From contig JAUCBJ010000528.1 of the NCBI GenBank assembly GCA_032718475.1, positions 12,381 through 76,380 of the forward strand: 64,000 nt of DNA, written 5' to 3'. Of this stretch, positions 1 to 12,600 are shown in pieces. The notes beneath the pieces are model-generated. The model made no database searches and had not been told where the DNA came from. It worked only from the letters and a program-made list of their open reading frames with translations. The position numbers and the translations under genes are program-made. The DNA is from Nemertoderma westbladi. Taxonomy: Eukaryota > Animalia > Xenacoelomorpha. Each line of letters begins with the position of its first letter. The first letter of the stretch is position 1.

Positions 1-30
1 TAGCTTACTAGGCCAGCCATGAGCACCAGT

Positions 31-1095
31 GGTAATGGTGAAAAATATCGAGACTTGAAAAATATCGAGAGTAAAAATAACGAGAGTAAAAATATCGAGA
101 GTAAAAATAACGAGTGTTGAAAATTAACGTGATTAAAAAATATCGAGAGTAAATATAACGCGAGATGAAAAATATCGAAAATAACGAGTGTTGAAAAATA
201 TCGAGTGTTGAAAAATATCGAGAGTAAAAATATCGAGTGTTGAAAAATATCGAGAGTAAAAATATCGAGTGTTGAAAAATATCGAGAGTAAAAATATCGA
301 GTGTTGAAAAATATCGAGAGTAAAAATATCGAGTGTTGAAAAATATCGAGAGTAAAAATATCGAGTGTTGAAAAATATCGAGAGTAAAAATATCGAGTGT
401 TGAAAAATATCGAGAGTAAAAATATCGAGTGTTGAAAAATATCGAGAGTAAAAATATCGAGTGTTGAAAAATATCGAGAGTAAAAATATCGAGTGTTGAA
501 AAATATAGAGTGTTGAAAAATATCGAGAGTAAAAATATCGAGAGTAAAAATATCGAGTGTTGAAAATTATCGAGAGTAAAAATATCAACATATTTTTCAA
601 CACTCGATATTTTTCAACTCTCGATATTTTTACTCTCGATATTTTTCAACACTCGATATTTTTACTCTCGATATTTTTACTCTCGATATTTTTCAACACT
701 CGATATTTTTACTCTCGATATTTTTCAACACTCGATATTTTTACTTTCGATATTTTTCAACACTCGATATTTTTACTCTCGATATTTTTCAACACTCGAT
801 ATTTTTACTCTCGATATTTTTCAACACTCGATATTTTTACTCTCGATATTTTTCAACACTCGATATTTTTACTCTCGATATTTTTCAACACTCGATATTT
901 TTACTCTCGATATTTTTACTCTCGATATTTTTCAACACTCGGTATTTTTACTCTCGATATTTTTACCCTCGATATTTTTACTCTCGATATTTTTTGAACT
1001 CTCGATATTATCGTTATTTTTCAACACTCGATGTTTTTACTCGCGTTATTTTTACTCTCGATATTTTTCATGTCTCGATATTTTTCAATATAACC
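31..1095. mobile_element. Non-autonomous foldback-type DNA transposon (Merlin-like), entirely palindromic, arms built from 15/17-bp subrepeats
   Basis: Left end GGTAATGGTGAAAAATATCGAGACTTGAAAAATATCGAGAG matches the reverse complement of the right end (GGTTATATTGAAAAATATCGAGACATGAAAAATATCGAGAG). Units AAAAATATCGAGAGT/AAAAATATCGAGTGTTG flip orientation at ~586. Perfect 8-bp direct repeat GCACCAGT at 23-30 and 1096-1103. Superfamily call is inference. Confidence 0.85.
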
Positions 1096-1444
1096 GCACC
1101 AGTAGCTGCTGGTGTTTCTATCATTGAGTTTATGGCAATTTTCGATTTTTGGGGCTATTTTTCGAAATAAAAAAAGACACTTTAATAATTTTTTTCGAAA
1201 ATTTGTTTCCACATCCTGGGGTTGAGCTGCGTCGATTTATATAACTTTTATTGACGGACGAGCTATAGTTTCGGATGAGTTAACCCGATATACATACATA
1301 CATACTGTAGTGAATACTTTTACAGTAAGAAGTCCTAACGGTCTTCTAATAAACAGCAAAAATACAAATACGATTAATATTTATTGTCATTTGTTATAAA
1401 TAAATTATGTTGTGGCGTTTATCAGGAGCTACAAAACAAGTTAC

Positions 1445-3064
1445 GATAACTCAATATTTATAAATCCAACGGATAACTCAATATTTATAAATCCAACTGA
1501 TAACTCAATATTTATAAATCCAACTGATAACTCAATATTTATAAATCCAACTGATAACTCAATATTTATAAATCCAACGGATAACTCAATATTTATAAAT
1601 CCAACGGATAACTCAATATTTATAAATCCAACTGATAACTCAATATTTATAAATCCAACTGATAACTCAATATTTATAAATCCAACTGATAACTCAATAT
1701 TTATAAATCCAACGGATAACTCAATATTTATAAATCCAACTGATAACTCAATATTTATAAATCCAACTGATAACTCAATATTTATAAATCCAACGGATAA
1801 CTCAATATTTATAAATCCAACGGATAACTCAATATTTATAAATCCAACTGATAACTCAATATTTATAAATCCAACTGATAACTCAATATTTATAAATCCA
1901 ACGGATAACTCAATATTTATAAATCCAACGGATAACTCAATATTTATAAATCCAACTGATAACTCAATATTTATAAATCCAACTGATAACTCAATATTTA
2001 TAAATCCAACGGATAACTCAATATTTATAAATCCAACGGATAACTCAATATTTATAAATCCAACGGATAACTCAATATTTATAAATCCAACTGATAACTC
2101 AATATTTATAAATCCAACGGATAACTCAATATTTATAAATCCAACTGATAACTCAATATTTATAAATCCAACTGATAACTCAATATTTATAAATCCAACG
2201 GATAACTCAATATTTATAAATCCAACGGATAACTCAATATTTATAAATCCAACGGATAACTCAATATTTATAAATCCAACGGATAACTCAATATTTATAA
2301 ATCCAACTGATAACTCAATATTTATAAATCCAACTGATAACTCAATATTTATAAATCCAACTGATAACTCAATATTTATAAATCCAACTGATAACTCAAT
2401 ATTTATAAATCCAACGGATAACTCAATATTTATAAATCCAACTGATAACTCAATATTTATAAATCCAACTGATAACTCAATATTTATAAATCCAACTGAT
2501 AACTCAATATTTATAAATCCAACTGATAACTCAATATTTATAAATCCAACTGATAACTCAATATTTATAAATCCAACTGATAACTCAATATTTATAAATC
2601 CAACTGATAACTCAATATTTATAAATCCAACTGATAACTCAATATTTATAAATCCAACTGATAACTCAATATTTATAAATCCAACGGATAACTCAATATT
2701 TATAAATCCAACTGATAACTCAATATTTATAAATCCAACTGATAACTCAATATTTATAAATCCAACTGATAACTCAATATTTATAAATCCAACGGATAAC
2801 TCAATATTTATAAATCCAACTGATAACTCAATATTTATAAATCCAACTGATAACTCAATATTTATAAATCCAACGGATAACTCAATATTTATAAATCCAA
2901 CTGATAACTCAATATTTATAAATCCAACTGATAACTCAATATTTATAAATCCAACTGATAACTCAATATTTATAAATCCAACTGATAACTCAATATTTAT
3001 AAATCCAACTGATAACTCAATATTTATAAATCCAACGGATAACTCAATATTTATAAATCCAACT
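1445..3064. repeat. 27-bp tandem array, ~60 copies (GATAACTCAATATTTATAAATCCAAC[T/G])
   Basis: Directly visible; a single T/G variable position; ends 60 bp from the KANSL2 stop codon. Confidence 0.98.
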
Positions 3065-3124
3065 ATTGATTTAACTCGTACGAAATATCACGAATATAAT
3101 ATATAATTCTAGTTAATTGTTCTG

Positions 3125-5443
3125 TTAGGTGAGTGTAGCACCTGCGGTGGATGTGGCACCAGCGGTGGTGCACACATCACCGGTGGTGGTGGTGGAAGCT
3201 CCGGAGTAACGCAACCCAAACTGACTGAGAAGTTTTGGCGTCAACTTGGACTTCATTTTGGGTAGAACATCGACTGCGTGAAGGTCGCAATGGCTGCGGT
3301 CAGCGAACGCGCGACAAATAGTCGCAAAGCAACCCTGATGGTCGCAGGTGCGGAAGAGAAGCTGATTTGGGTCGCCGCTTACGATGTGAGAAACACAGAA
3401 CTTAGTCATCGGAAGGACTCGGTTGTGGCAACTGGAACCGTGGTTCTCCGTCGGTTTAACCGAGCACTTAGCGAACTGAGGGGGACGTTTCTCCAGTTTT
3501 ATACTCACATGGACAGTCTGTTTGTCTGTCTGTTTGTTCGAACATAATTCCTCCTGAACCCCAATTTGTAGGCCAGTTTTTATGTCCTCTTGTCTAGACG
3601 CTTTGCCCCCCTCACCCCCCACTTGGCTGCCCCCCTGTTCCCCCACTTGGCTGCCCCCCTGTCCACCCACTTGGCTGCCCCCCTGTTCCCCCACTTGAGT
3701 GGCCCCCTGTCCACCCACTTGGCTGCCCCCCTGTCCACCCACTCGACTGCCCCCATGTCCCCCCACTTGGCTGCCCCCCTCCCTCCCCACTCGACTACCC
3801 CCCTGGCCCCCCACTTGAGTGCCCCCCTGTCCACCCACTTGACTGGCCCCCTGTCCCCCCACTTGAGTGCCCCCCTGTCCACCCACTTGACTGGCCCCCT
3901 GTCCCCCCACTTGACTGCCCCCCTGCCCCCCAACTTGAGTGCCCCCCTGTCCCCCCACTTGGCTGCCCCCCACTTGAGTGCCCCCCTGTCCACCCACTTG
4001 GCTGCCCCCCTGTCCCCCCACTTGAGTGCCCCCCTGTCCACCCACTTGGCTGCCCCCCTGTCCCCCCACTTGACTGCACCCTTGTCCCCCCACTTGGCTG
4101 CCCCCCTGTCCCCCCACTTGAGTGCCCCCCTGTCCCCCCACTTGGCTGCCCCCCTGTCCCCCCACTTGAGTGCCCCCCTGTCCTCCCACCCGTCTGTCCA
4201 CCTCCAACCGTTTATTAAGCTGCCTCTCGTACAGTAACACCTCGGCCCCGTTGTGTCTCCTATAATGAGTTAATGCCCTTAACCTCTCAATATCTCTCTC
4301 TTCTCTGTCGGTCTCGGCCTTGGCGACTTTCAGTAAGAAATCCTTACTGTTTAACTTGGCGTGCACGTAGTCTCTCCTCTTCTCCTTCAGTAGGTTGTGT
4401 AGATACCGGAACTGATCCATATAGAGGGACTGCAGACGAATGAGTTTATCTCTGTGGAGCAGCGCGGCCTCATCCGCGGTATAAACCCCGGCGTACCTCA
4501 ACGGGTCGTCGTAATCCGAATCGAAGTTCTCGTCGTCGGAGTCACCCTCGTTGCGCCACAGCCCCTGCATGATAGACGCGCCGCCGGTGTCGCTATCCGA
4601 GTCTGTGTCGCACTCCAACGGAGCCGGTAGCGAGCAGTTAGGGACAACCTCCTCGCGCTGACTACGACGCGAGTAATGGTCTAACGCGACTAGCAGGATG
4701 TCCTTCTTGTTGTGACGGCGTTTCCTGCGAATGTTATTGAGTCGGTTTAGTGTTTGTTTGGAGGCGTGGAGCGCGCAGTTCCCGTCGCGTCTGTCGGGAC
4801 GAGCTGCCGGCTTGGAGCAACGGCGTCCGGTTTTAGGGGCCACGAACACACATTGTCGGTGCTGGCAGGCTTTACTCTCGAGCGTGTGGGCGGAGCAGTA
4901 TTCTGCGCCGGTTTCCCGCGGTTGGAGGCACAGGCGGGAGGAGTAGTTACAAGTGTGCCACTCTGGGGGGATGGGGTGGTGAGCCGGGGTGGTTATCTTA
5001 CCGGTAGAAGAGCTGGAGTGGTTACGGGTGGGTTGGTGGCGTTTACTATGTTTGTAGGTGGAAGGGGAGGAATTGGTAGAACGGACACTGGGAGATGGTT
5101 GGGGAAGGAGTAGGTCTAAGGGTAGGGCTGGGGGGTGGGAGGGTTGCGAGTTGGGGTGTGAGTTGTGGTGGGAGGGGTGTGAGTAAGGGTGTGAGTTGGG
5201 GTGGGAGGGGTGTGAGTTGGGGTGGGAGGGGTGCAAGTTGGGGTGGGAGGGGGGCGAGTTGGGGTGGGTCTGCGCCGGTACCGATATTGTGCGATCGCCC
5301 ATCGGTGGGTTTGTTGGCGGTTCTGCGGTTGATCTTGATGTGACTGTAGTACAGACAGTAGTAGTAGTTGCTGATACTGACACCTGGACCTGGATACCGG
5401 TATACATACAGGCAGACAGGTACCCGGTATAGGTATACAGCAA
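3125..5443 (-). CDS. KANSL2: KAT8 regulatory NSL complex subunit 2 (KANSL2/NSL2 homolog), single ORF; start uncertain (ATG at 5407 or 5302, or an upstream exon)
   Basis: N-terminal C3Hc3H finger ([22 protein letters not shown]...[12 protein letters not shown]...CALH). Hallmark [42 protein letters not shown] resembles vertebrate [34 protein letters not shown]. Second finger [26 protein letters not shown]. Confidence 0.93.
   Translation of the reverse strand: [772 protein letters not shown]
3612..4190 (-). repeat. Coding 24-bp minisatellite encoding (GGQGG[S/T]QV)n inside KANSL2, ~24 units
   Basis: CCCCCTGTCC[C/A]CCCACTTG[G/A] periodicity on the + strand; frame preserved. Confidence 0.95.
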
Positions 5444-5487
5444 GGACTACTATACTACTAATAATAAGGCAGGGGTAAATCTTTTCG

Positions 5488-5680
5488 ACCTACGCGTAGG
5501 CCTACGCGTATTGGGTCATATATCACCAGTTTCAGAGTTTTAACATTAACTACGCGTAGGTGCTACGCGTAGCTACGCGTAGGTCCTACGCGACCTACGC
5601 GTAGGTGCTACGTATAACTACGCGTAGGTGCTACCCATAACTATGCCTATACGTCGTTTATCATTAGTAGGCCTACGTAT
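5488..5680. repeat. Cluster of palindromic (C)TACGCGTA(G) motifs upstream of KANSL2; possible subterminal repeats of a truncated DNA transposon
   Basis: At least 7 TACGCGTA copies plus degenerate ones; preceded by CAGGGGTAAAT at ~5470; no partner TIR found. Confidence 0.6.
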
Positions 5681-7424
5681 TCCAAGCGGTTCAGTACTAA
5701 AATAAGACCATACGGTATGTTCAATAAACGACCCACTACCATCAAATGCTTTCAACAGTAATGCATCCTATACCTGTATACTCTATATAGAGGAATAAGC
5801 TAAGACTACATATTCTTCACTTCATGCGTTGCGGGTGCTAAAATGTGTTACCGGTAATAATGTTTAGAGTTCAAAAATAGTTTACTTTATTTGATTTTTT
5901 TTGTCCTCCTTTTTTTACGAATTGTGCATAATGACTTTTGTTGTCCCTTTAATGACTTTTGTTGTCCTTTTAATGACTTTTTATGTATGTATTTCTTCAA
6001 ACTGTCAGACTACTGATTTCTGGACAGTCAGACAGTTGATTTCAACATCCCTATGCCAAAACATTCAAAATTTGTTGATTTCTGGTCTGTCGGTCAGTTG
6101 GTTTCACTATGCCTGTGCCAAAACATTCCATGATTCCATGATTTATAGACTATGAGATAGATTTCCATATGCGCTGTAAAAGCTTTTGCGGATATAATCA
6201 ATCCCCTTGCCCGCAAAGTACCGTTGTGGGTGTTTTAACGGACATAAAAGTCATTCTTCTATATGTGTGCTTTGGCGGACATGGAAAGGCACAAAACCCG
6301 CAATGCGTCAAATCCTCTAGCACAGTGTAGCCTTGATGATTCAGATTACGACATATAACAGCTGGTTGCTGGCATGGAAACGGCCGTTGGACACATGGTT
6401 CTTTGTTTAGCTTAACAGCCAATCAGGGCGATTTTTACTGTCGATGTGGAGATATTCTACAGATCGTGCTAGGCGTGTTCAGTCTTACTGTTTTTTTCTT
6501 TGATACTGTTGTGTTGTTTCTATCTAGGCCAAGAACACCGGCTCTGGAGTCAATTTGTTTCAGACTTTAGAAGAAACATTAGTGGGCTTAGATTATAGAG
6601 CGTATAACCGTTATCGGCAGATCATATCATTGTTACATTATCAGTACATTGTCATATCATATCTTAACCTACCGTCTTAATGGTTTTACTGTTGTTTGGT
6701 TGAATATTATTACTTGGAGAACATCGATAAATAACCCAAATTTCCCAATTTTCTTGATACACTACAGGTTAGAGAGACAGGTTACATATATCGATTGCGA
6801 CTTATATTATCGTGGTTTGTAGTGAGTTTAATGCTATTTGATAGGCACTACATGAGTCAATTGCTGTTTTCTTTATGTATGATAAAATTCATTGACGGTC
6901 GGCAGATTAGTGTGCAGTATTGTGCGGTACCGGTAGTGTGCATGATTGTGGCTGATAACTAAGTATTTCCTAAAGAATGCGCCTCATACGTGAATCATAA
7001 GCCTTACAGTCTTACAGTTGTGTTTAGTATAAGTCATATCTCTGTTTACCTAGATAGAGTGCCACGTCCTAAAGGAACTGTTAATATTTCCCGAAAGTGA
7101 ATAATATTGGTCAGAAATTATTTATTAACGATCAATCGAATAATACAGTAAGCTTACACTGCAATAACAATCTAAGCCCTCCGAATCCAGTCTCCCGGGT
7201 ATATCCAGCGGGTGAATGGACGCGCACTAGGCTGGCTTCGGCTAATGTTGTGTTTATTGGTATTAAATACTTGTCATATGCTAAAGTCTATTTATAAACC
7301 AAAAGACATAAATTTTGGCAGGTTAAACTGCTAAAGGTCTTCAAAAGCGCGTACAATAACGGTTAATTTTCTTTATTGCAGTAAGCAATAAAGTTGAAAG
7401 TACCGGTCGACCGGTAAACCTGAA

Positions 7425-7584
7425 CCGGTACTGCTGTAGGTCCGTAGGCCCAACTGCCAGAATCGGTACTGCTGTAGGTCCGTAGGCCCAACTGCCAGAA
7501 TCGGTACTGCTGTAGGTCCGTAGGCCTAACTGCCTGAACCGGTACTGCTGTAGGTCTGTAGGCCCAACTGTCCTAACCGGTACT
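7425..7584. repeat. 38-bp tandem repeat x4 (CGGTACTGCTGTAGGTCCGTAGGCCCAACTGCCAGAAT)
   Basis: Directly visible. Confidence 0.9.
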
Positions 7585-7699
7585 TCCAGTATAATTCGAT
7601 TTTGATTATTGTATACCGGTAGGTCTCGATATTAAATCGGGGACGCCTGGTTTTTATTGGGATTTTACTTAGGTCTATTTCTGTCAGTTTTATTTCCTA

Positions 7700-8272
7700 G
7701 TAAGTTAATATTGAGCTGAAGACGTGTAAGTCTGCTCAGATTGTTCAGATAATTGTAGGCCGGACTGTTGTCGGACTGTTGTTGGGTCTGGAGAAATTGC
7801 GGCATGTGTAGAGTCTGTCCGATAAAGTGCCAGTTAATAAGTTGGGGCATCTTGAGTTGTAAGGTCAATCCCCTCTTAAAGAATAAGTCGTACTACCGTG
7901 TTAGAACGCATACTAACTAACCATTTTGGAATCTGCATATACTGTAGTTTATTTAGGCTTGATAGTAGTCTGCCAGCGTTTTAGCCTGTGTTTGTTTGTG
8001 TGGTCTGTTCAGGTACCGTAATAGTTATTACTCAGATATTTTGTAGGCTGGATTGTTGTCTAGCTGTTATTAGGTCTGAAGAGATTGCTGCGTATGTAGG
8101 TAGAGTTTGTCTGATAAAGTGCCAGTTAGTAAGTTGGGGCAGCCAGAGCTGTAAGGTCAATCCCCTCTTAAAGAATAAGTCGTACTACCGTGTTAGAACG
8201 CATACTAACTAACCATTTTGGAATCTGCACATACTGTAGTTTATTTAGGCTTGATGGTAGTCTGCCAGCGTT
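7700..8272. repeat. ~290-bp direct duplication (best-conserved core ~7812-7982 vs ~8104-8272)
   Basis: Both copies share GTAAGGTCAATCCCCTCTTAAAGAATAAGTCGTACTACCGTGTTAGAACGCATACTAACTAACCATTTTGGAATCTGCA; 5' halves are more diverged. Confidence 0.9.
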
Positions 8273-9626
8273 TGGTTTGTATTTTGTTTGAGTATTCTGT
8301 ACGGGTAGCGTAATATTTATTATTCAGAGTTTATGCGATTATTCGCAACATTCATGTCCCCAAGTTTATTCCTACAGTAATTGTGCTTGTTACACATACC
8401 GTTATAGTTAAATTAACCCCGGTACTACACGGGCTGCTTGGCGTAGGTAAAGACTGGTGACTTTGTGCTCCGGTCACTCCAGCAGATGCCGTGGCTCTTT
8501 TAACTGTTCAAGTATATTTAACTGCTAGTTATCTGTTTTAATAAGTACTTGTACCTAATTTAGGGTTTGGTGTACAGTGCTTTCCGAAAGTAATTAGTGT
8601 GTAGGCAGTGTATTGTGTTGTAAAGTGGTTAATAGGCACGTTGGATCTGGTAGTCCATGGTAATTAACTTCCAGGTAGGAACACTCCGTGATACATAACG
8701 TAGTACCTATAGCGATACGGTTATAGGTCGTCAGGCGGTGGTATTTTCCTATCTGGACAACGCAGTATATTTACTACTACTTATTATTTTCAAATACCGT
8801 AGTAACCTGTCCGTTGTAATAACCAGATATTCTCACCCTTTGTTAGGCTGGTTAGTAAACTTCTTGTAAAATTACCCTAAAAATTTGTATTTGTGTATTT
8901 GTAATTAAATTTTTGTGTTTATTTAGAGATTGTAATCTCAACCCGAATTATACGTAATTTGTAGTATTAAGTAACTTAGGTAAATTAGAATTATTTGTTT
9001 TAGTGTCTAACAAGTAGCACTCCACTGAGAGCGCACAGCTTATGTGTAGTGACTCCCCCAGAAATAATAACATTTATTTCAAATATTGACAAAACCCATT
9101 AAACGGGTATATATATATTATAAATCAACTCAAACGATTTATAAATAGTAGGCCTGCCATACAACAACTAGGTCTCAATATCAGTTGGATTACTGCTTAA
9201 ATAACGGTAATAAAGTAAGTTAAAGTAACTAAGTAACCTTTAAAATTCAGAAATTCAATTATTTAAATAATTGATATACCGGTATTTACGATAGGCCTAT
9301 TATCTTTATTTCTATAAATTTAGGCTGAAATTATACCGGTATTCTATATTTAATTCTAGTCCAGAATTATACTTATATACTATAAGTGTAGGCTGTATAC
9401 CGGTATTCACGATAGGCATATTATATATTTATATATATTTGTGTTAAAATTATATACCGGTATTCTGAGACAAACCTAGTTTACAATACTTATATATATT
9501 ATAAGTATATACCGGTATTCTAATATACTGTAATAAATTACCGGTACTAGGCCAACGGTCATACTGAATTACTAGACTTGCTTTAACTGTAACTATAGCA
9601 GTAAGCATTCAACTGTATAGATAAAC

Positions 9627-12600
9627 ATGTCTGACACCCAGCAAAACCTGTCAGACAGTCTAATCGATACAACCATCTGTGACACAGATAGGAGTGTGGA
9701 GCGATTAAGAAAGGGGTTCAGCTCACCTCCTACTGAAAGAAAGGTCATCCCTCCAGTAGTAGTATCAGACCCTATGCTAATCCAACACCGTAGGTCTATC
9801 ATCGGCACTCGGGCCCAAGTCAAACGGAACCAGGAAGCAGCTGTCCAACAGCAGCAACATCCTAGGCAAGAAACTCGTTCCCAGCGACCCGATAGCTCCA
9901 GTAGTTCGGATACTGTAGAGCTGACCCCCGAACGCGGAGTGAAGATGGCGGCTACAGTCTATTCGGATCCCCTTCTCACCCTTCCTGCCGCAGTACTAAC
10001 TACTATATTCATTGCGGTGGAGGAACACCAAGTCGATTGGGCGAGAAGTAAGCGAGCGACCCAAGATAGTTATGCGGGATACGCCAGGGAAGAATTGATG
10101 TCTATTGTCGAGTCACAATGGAACTTTCCCGGACCCGGACTCCCGTTAGATTTGTCCGAAGCTACTTGGGAAGACATACACAGGATGGGAGTGACTAAAG
10201 ATACAATGGATCCAGCTGTTTGGAAGAGGTCGGCAGCAGGATATGTGCAAGGATTCTTCGGCTCCTTAGAGCGATTAGAAGAACAACTGTTTCGACAACC
10301 CCAAGGACCTCAAGAGCAGGAAGAGCTGCTTTATCAAGTACGCGAAAGAACCCTACGCATTAGACTAATCCTATCAGCCTTTGAGGAAACTTCTAAAAGA
10401 AGACAGGACACGTCGCTGCAAGTTGCTGTCAAGACTTGGTTCCAGCGGGTAGGTCTCAAAGTTCAAGAAACGGCCCAGTGGAAATCCCAGCTGGCTGAGA
10501 GACCAACCTATGAAGAACCAACCGATGCCACCCTTTCTCAAGTGGAAAGCGAAGAGACAGCAGCAGAGAAGCCGCCCTCTAGAGACGCTATTGACATTTA
10601 TCTGTCCGACTATCAGCGATTCCTAGGAGACGAAGAGTTGAGGAGACGGCTGTCTGGACTTTCCCCTAATAGTGAAGGAGCCAAGCATGTGTTGGACGCA
10701 ATCGATATTGAAATGCTAGCTGCAAACCAAGCTAAATTTGACGAACGTCTCCGCATAGCTAGAGCCCAAGAAGAACAAGTAAAGAAAAGGCGGATAGAAG
10801 ACAGAAAGGCAACGGCAGTAGCAGCGGCAATGGCGGAGGCAGAAGCGGAAAGAAAAGCGGCTGTAGCAGCGGCAATGGCGGAGGCAGAAGCGGAAAGAAA
10901 AGCGGCTGTGGCAGCAGCAAGGGCAGTGGCAGAAGCAGAACGGAGAGCGTCTGAGGAGACTACCCAACTGGAGTTGGAAAATCTGCAAGAGACGCAAGAC
11001 TGCATAAATAAACAGTTAACTGCTAGTCAAATGCAGATGATGAGTCGATCTACTCCCAAACGCCAAGGATACACATCATCGGAGGAAGGCAAGACCACCG
11101 ATCCTGAAGGCGGAGGAAATAGATCTCGTCTAAGCAGGCGTAGAAAAACATCTCACCGTCACAAATTGCCTGATTTGCCTCCAGCGGTTAGAAGACAACT
11201 AGCTAGCACAGACTTAGGTAGTACAGAACCCACAGACCAAATTATTAAGGTCAAAAGACTCCCTACCATAGTTGATGAGCCTGAAATAATTAGGCCTGTC
11301 GTTCCCAAAACCACTCCTATGCTAGAGACCCCTGTACTTCCAGAGCTTAACTCTAAATTCCCTTTACACAGTACTACACTGCCTGTACCCGGTAGAACAG
11401 TCCATGAGAAAATCCCTGTCCTGGACTCTGAGAGAGAAATCAAAGATTTGTCTCCCGTCGTCCCGCGTCAGCCCGCTACAATGTTGGTGACTCCCGCTTC
11501 GGCGGTCGAGTGGGTAGAGGAGGGACGGCGGGGGATGAATCTCCTGCTCGGACAGATGCAGGAGACTGTCCACCAACTTAAGGGAACAGTAAGGGAAAGT
11601 AGGGTAGAATTGCAAGAAGTGCAGCAAAGTATCGCGCTGGAACGCGACAAATTAGTCAATATACAAAAGGGTATACCAATACCCCCTGTAACATTGTGTC
11701 AACCTGTTAGGTCTGAAGTATTACATGCGCAAGGTGTGGAGCCTACACGCATCTATACTGCTAGTGAAGTAGAAACTCCTATAGCAAACCCTATTAAGGG
11801 TGATTATAAACCTGTTGTTAATGATATTCCCTATAGACCTGATAATGATCCGAGAAATTTATATACCGATAATTCGATATTAAATAACACGATGGCCCAA
11901 GAAAGCTTTACGCGTCAGATGGCTAGAACAGAAGCCCGCCAAGCGGTCAAAGTGGGAGAGATCGTCAAATTCAATGGAGATGAGATGAAATGGTTACCTT
12001 TCAATGAATATTACAAAGATAGCATACAGAACTCTGTACTATCTAACGGAGAGAAACTTAGATTCCTCATCAAGTGCTTGGAAGGACCTCCCAAGTTAAT
12101 GGCGTTAAAGTTTATTGGACATCCAGAAGGATTAAGACAAGTTTGGGATACGTTAAACATCAGGTATGGTAACAAGGATAACATAGCTAAGTATTTGTAT
12201 GCAAAATTAGTAGCCCCCCGAAACTTCCTTAGTAGCGGGATTATAGAGTTTTCCGATGAGATTCAGGAGATCTGTAGACAATTGGACTGGTTAGGTAAGT
12301 CTCATGAATATCAGAGTTCCATGGTTATTGGAGCCGTAGTCTCTACTTTACCAAAGGGTGGAGTATGTACACGCTGGGATAAGAAAGTGTTGTATATGAA
12401 TGAGCAGCAACGACGAAGCCCTACCATGGCTGATCTCATGTCCTTCTTAGATAGTGAAGTAAAATTACAACTCATAAAGCAGTCCAGAGAGAAAACATCG
12501 GAAAATAAGGTAAGTGAGAAACCCATTTCTAGGAGAAGGATAATACCAGTGTGTTATACTGACGACGGCGAAAGCCAAGCTTCTCAAGAAGAGGACAGCG

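Noticed and set aside
133-997. Mirror-image ORFs on both strands
   Set aside because: Products of the palindromic foldback repeats.
1412-3106. 564-aa (DNSIFINPT)n ORF
   Set aside because: Translation of a 27-bp AT-rich satellite with a GTG start and no unique domain. The variable site is synonymous in this frame, but one site is not evidence of coding.
3278-5432. Overlapping alternative-frame ORFs within KANSL2
   Set aside because: GC-rich repeat shadows lacking conserved motifs.
7097-7120. TGGTCAGAA as PBS of the BEL element
   Set aside because: Only a partial tRNA-Leu-like match, and the preceding sequence does not resemble the candidate 3' LTR.
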